DNA of 64,000 nucleotides from Phyllosticta citribraziliensis (taxonomy: Eukaryota): assembly GCF_038025025.1 (NCBI RefSeq), contig NW_027117341.1:1798001-1862000 (forward strand), given 5' to 3'. Numbering within the stretch: position 1 is the first letter of the stretch; every line of letters begins with the position of its first letter. Below are positions 59,301-64,000 of this stretch, in pieces. Both the position numbers and the translations under genes were made by a program. The notes beneath the pieces are model-generated. The model ran no database searches, was not told the DNA's origin, and saw only the letters and a list, made by a program, of their open reading frames with translations.

Positions 59301-62154
59301 ATGGCGTCACCTGCCCACCTGGCTCCAAATGGCTCCAGCAGCTCCCCTCGCCCACAACTCAACGCCATGCAGTCGTCGCCCTCGGTCGTCATGAATGGCC
59401 ACTTTGCGTCTGTGGGCGACAAGCCCTCCCAGCAGCACTACGACCATGGCATCCAAGTCATCGACGAGAACAAGGAGTTCAAGTAAGACCTCCTGCGCAA
59501 CCATGCCCGATTGAGCATCCTCTAACCCGCCCTGCAGCCAGCAGCTCTCCAAGTATCTCGACGTCGAAAAAATAACAAAGTCCGGCTTCAAATACCACCT
59601 GATATCCGTCTTCGGGTCGCAGAGCACCGGCAAGTCGACGCTTCTCAACCACCTGTTCAAGACGTCATTCGGGGTCATGTCCGAGAATGAGCGCCGACAA
59701 ACAACCAAGGGCATCTGGATGTCCAAAAACAAGCGCGAGAACAAGGATGACAAGGCCATGGCGGACAACATCCTCGTCATGGACGTCGAGGGCACCGATG
59801 GCAGGGAACGCGGCGAGGATCAAGATTTCGAGAGGAAGAGTGCACTTTTTGCGCTTGCGACCAGCGAGGTCTTGATTGTGAATATCTGGGAGCATCAGGT
59901 CGGCCTTTACCAGGGCGCGAACATGGGCCTTCTGAAGACCGTTTTCGAGGTCAACCTGCAACTCTTCATCAAGGACAGCAGGTGTGTTTATCTGCGACCC
60001 TGCTCTTGGCGACATGCTGATCATCCTCAGGTCCACGCCCCGCTCGCTACTCTTCTTCGTTATCCGCGACCATATTGGCAATACCCCGCTTGCAAACCTC
60101 AAAGATACCCTCGTTCAAGACATGTCGCGCATTTGGTCTACTTTGGCAAAGCCCAAGGGCCTCGAGAACTCCAAGATTCAGGATTACTTTGATTTCGCCT
60201 TCGCCGCACTACCGCACAAGATTCTACAACCAGAAAGATTCGTCGAGGAGGTCGAGAAGCTTAGCTCGAGGTTTAGGGAAGGATACAAGGACCCCAAGCT
60301 TGCCGAAGTGCTGGATGAAGCAGACCAGGCCGTGTTCCTGCCAGAATACCACCGGCGCATCCCGGCAGATGGCTTCTCGCCCTACGCCGAGGGCATCTGG
60401 GACCAGATTGTAAACAACAAGGACCTCGACCTTCCCACGCAGCAGGAGCTCCTTGCGCAGTTTAGGTGTGACGAGATTTCGAGAGAGGTCTTGGTCGCCT
60501 TTGATGAGATAATTGCGCCGCTGGAGGAGAAGCAGGCCGAGGGCGTGCGAGCAGGCAAGCCTCTGACCATCTCTGGACTCGGTCAGACTATGAACGGCGC
60601 GCGCAGCGCAGCACTCAAGAATTTCGAGACCGAGGCCTCGCGCTACCATAAGGGGGTGTACGCTCGCAAGTCCAAGGAACTCGTCGGCAAGATTGACACC
60701 CGCCTTAAGGCATTGTTTTCGGGCCAATTGAGTGCGGCGCACAAGTCGGGAGTCTTCGAATTCTCGGAGGCTGTGAGCGCGGCGGTCAAGTCAGGACAAA
60801 AGAAGGGTGCGAGTTACGACTTTGCCCAGATTGTGGAGAGTCAAAAGAAGGAAGCTTTGGACAAGTTTGAAAGGGAAGCAAAGGCCTCGGTGGTCGATGG
60901 CGCCTCGTGGAGCAATTACAGCCAGGAGCTCAACCTCTACAAGAAGGACCTTGACGAGGTCTCGGCACGTCTTCGCCAGGACGAGATGCGCCGCCTGGCT
61001 ACCCGCGTCGAGCGCTGGGTGCGGTCGCGTCTGAATGAGTCGGTCGGCCTCGAATTCAACAAGCTTGGTTCAGGGCGCGGCGGTTCGGGCGCTCCCGAGA
61101 GCGGCGAGCGACACACGGCTACCACAGAAAAGGAGCTCTGGGACAGGATATGGAAGGTCTTTACCGACACTGTCTCAGAAGCAGAAACTCGTTTCACCGA
61201 GCGTGCTCGCAGCTTCGACGCATCACCGGATGAGGTCGAAGTTGGCCTGTGGCGCCTTCGCCGGAAGAGTTGGGGCTGCCTCCGCGCCAAACTTGACGAG
61301 GAGACGATGGAGGGCAACCTTTTGCTGAAGCTTAGGGAAAACTTTGAGGACAAGTTCCGCTACGATGACAGCGGCGTCCCTCGCATTTGGCGCCCCACCG
61401 ACGACATTGAGGGCATTTACACTCGCGCCCGCGAGTCTACGCTTACACTTATCCCGCTCCTTAGCCGCTTCAAGCTGTCGAGTACGTCGTCACCACCGCC
61501 TCTCGACGCCTGGATTGGTGCACCTCCTGCGACGGTCACGCCCGCCGACGAGGAGGACTTGGCCCCGATTGGCGGTGTTGACGAGGAGGAGGGCAAGAGC
61601 CTCGAGGAAGAAATGACGATCCTGACCGAATCGAAGCAATCGGACCTCAGCGTGCGCTTCAAGAAGACTGCCGACGGCGTCTACGTCGAGGCGAAGCGGA
61701 GCGCCATTGGAGCAGTTGCTCAGATTCCCCTGTACTTTTATGGTCTTTTGGTCGCACTCGGCTGGAACGAGATTATAGCAGGTAAGTTGAGCGCCCGATG
61801 TTCCAATGCGCCAAAGACATGCAGCTAATGACGGGTCCGGCAGTTCTCCGCAACCCCATTTACTTTATCTTCCTCATCTTGCTCGGCATCGGCGCCTACG
61901 TCACGTACACGCTCAATCTGTGGGGACCAATGATTCGCATGGCCAATGCGGCATCGGCGCAGGGTCTCGAGGTCTTCAAGGAGCGTCTGCGCGAGTTCCT
62001 CGAGAGCACCGACACGGGCCGCCAGGCCATGGCCATGGGCGGGCGCAACGAGACGTCGTCCTCCAGCTCTGAAGGCGTCAAGCTGGATTCACTCGACGGC
62101 CGTGGCAAGAAGGCGTCGTCGCCCGTTGAGGACGAGGACCTCGACGAGATATGA
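59301..62154 (+). CDS. SEY1: ER fusion GTPase Sey1/RHD3 (4 exons; start could be 59301, 59367 or 59391)
   Basis: P-loop [36 protein letters not shown], hairpin [11 protein letters not shown]...LRNP. Confidence 0.97.
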
Positions 62155-63448
62155 GACGGGCTGGTTGTGCGGCTGTTGGGTTTGGCATTGAGGGCATGTG
62201 GCGTTTGTATTGTAGACATGGACTTGGGCGTGTTGTGTTGTTTATTGGCTAGGCAATCCACCCGCAGCGGTGCTTTGAGTTGGAGGGGTGCAGTGTATAG
62301 TTCATTGATTCGGTCGTTGCGAATGGCCTGCTGATGGATATCTACCTATGAACCCGTGTTGTGTAAAGTTACCTACCTCAGCATCGACAGAAAGCATCAA
62401 TTATTGCGGACGTTTGTCTCTGTGTTTTGCCTCGTTGCAACGACCCAGTACGCGTCCGAGTGAAGTCACCCAGCGCCAAAAAAAGATTTTCAACAGCTTA
62501 TCGGCCACTCGAGAGATTGTCGTCTTCGCCGGAGCCGTCGACGATGACGTGCAGCGCCATGGAGCTATTTCGGACATCTGTGCAGTGTGGACTCTGGCGG
62601 GTGCGGTGCCCGTGTTCACCGATATCGGGTGAGGGAGGGGAAAATATATATGGCCGAGTCGCCCAAAAGGAGCGGGTGTGTTTGAAGGGGATGGCCTCTC
62701 TGGTGTTGAGGACACAGCGGGCGAGGGCATCTTGATATGGCTACAGGTGGATGAGCCTTGAAACAGCTGCAGGTAAGCTCCCCAATTTTTTCAAGGCACA
62801 TGTTTCCTTGTGCTGGTTTGACGCACGCACGGTTTGTGGGAAACGTGTCTTGAAGGACGCAGGGAAAAAATGTTGATTCAGAGGCAAGGAAACACCACCA
62901 GCCTTTCTATATCGCTCCTCTCGCGCCCGCACAAAGCGTCCACATTGGCGACGGCATGCCATTAAAGGAATGAAACAGAAGAAAGCAGAATCGGATGTAG
63001 CATCGTTGGTAAGGAACAGAACGTCATGGGGCGTTCGAAAACAGCCCGTGGCCTGCTCCAGCTACGATGCCCGGTCAAGTCGTGGTCTCGGACAACTAGC
63101 AGAGGAGTTTCTGGTGGAAGGGGATTGACAGAGAAAAACACGTCGTCCAGAAGCGCCCACAATAATAATTGTCCTCAATGAGTTGAGGAGAAAAAGAAGA
63201 AGAAGAGCGCGTCGGCGTGGGGAAAAGGCTTTTTGTGCAAATGCCAGCCCGGGGATTAGCCGAGCTGGCGCTGTGGCCCCGACGCTCAGACGCCAATCAG
63301 CGGCCTGGGGTTGCGGGTAGGCTAAGAGCTAAACCGCTTTGGGCCCTCGAGCTGGGGTTGGGTCCTGACGACACTCCAACACCACTGCACGAGTATTGTC
63401 CTCTGCTCCCATTGCCATCGACCCTCGTCCCGTTGCTGCTCGTCCACC

Positions 63449-64000
63449 ATGATGCGGCAACACCTCCTCCGTTCAATCAGGCAGCCTGCGCGCCTGTCGT
63501 CCCTCAATGCTCGCAGGACCTTTGCCGCCTCGTCCAACCGCCCGGCCGAGGTGGAGCTCACAATCGGTGCGTCTGCTGCCCACCCCGCAAACCGTCGCCG
63601 CCGCGCAAGCTAACCCGGACTCACAGACGGCAAAAAGGTATCCATAGAAGGTGAGCCTTTGATCAACCCCACGAGCCATGCCTCCTCCGCTCCATTGGGG
63701 ACGCTCTCGCTGACGGCCGCTCCTCTCACGCCACACAGCCGGCTCTGCCCTCATCCAAGCCTGCGAAAAGGCCGGCTCCACCGTCCCCCGCTACTGCTAC
63801 CATGAGAAGCTCATGATTGCCGGCAACTGCCGCATGTGCCTCGTCGAGGTCGAGCGCGCCCCCAAGCCCGTCGCCTCGTGCGCCTGGCCCGTCCAGCCCG
63901 GCATGAACGTCAAGACCGACTCGCCCCTGGTGCACAAGGCCCGCGAGGGCGTCATGGAATTCTTGCTCGCCAACCACCCGCTCGACTGCCCCATCTGCGA
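63449..64000 (+). CDS. NDUFS1: NADH:ubiquinone oxidoreductase 75/78-kDa Fe-S subunit, 5' part (truncated by the window edge)
   Basis: Presequence MMRQHLLRS..., then spliced [23 protein letters not shown]...[21 protein letters not shown]...NHPLDCPIC. Confidence 0.96.

Noticed and set aside
62401..63300. 109-aa minus-strand ORF and a short inverted repeat (GCATCGT/ACGATGC, ~63000-63070) between SEY1 and NDUFS1
   Set aside because: No recognisable motif or codon bias, and no tRNA cloverleaf or snRNA signature.

Overview
This is eukaryotic DNA from a GC-rich filamentous ascomycete (Pezizomycotina; a Dothideomycete is my guess only), with short ~50-nt spliceosomal introns. Conserved genes in order: SSL1 (5' exon only), CHS7, a Raf1/DIM-9-like WD40 gene, PEX16, an HD hydrolase, a BC10/BLCAP gene, an M1 aminopeptidase, HEM13, a xylitol/sorbitol dehydrogenase, a flavin monooxygenase, TRS130, a SLY41-like transporter, an alpha/beta hydrolase, a PUF protein, SEY1 and the 5' part of the complex I 75/78-kDa subunit. 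Two accessory islands stand out. (1) 33.2-43.6 kb: a mirror-image cassette of two head-to-head gene pairs, each an HSPA12-like atypical Hsp70 plus a coiled-coil partner with a GrpE/Mieap-like C-terminal motif. The paralogs share intron positions but carry different C-terminal add-ons: a Zn2Cys6 cluster in one, and a 30-bp VNTR with a charge-flipping frameshift in the other. (2) 3-12.6 kb: an orphan island including a tandem family of small hydrophobic proteins that share a C-terminal YxTxxxxDGxxExxxM motif. I found no rRNA, tRNA, CRISPR or transposon. All gene identities come from motif recognition, not database searches.
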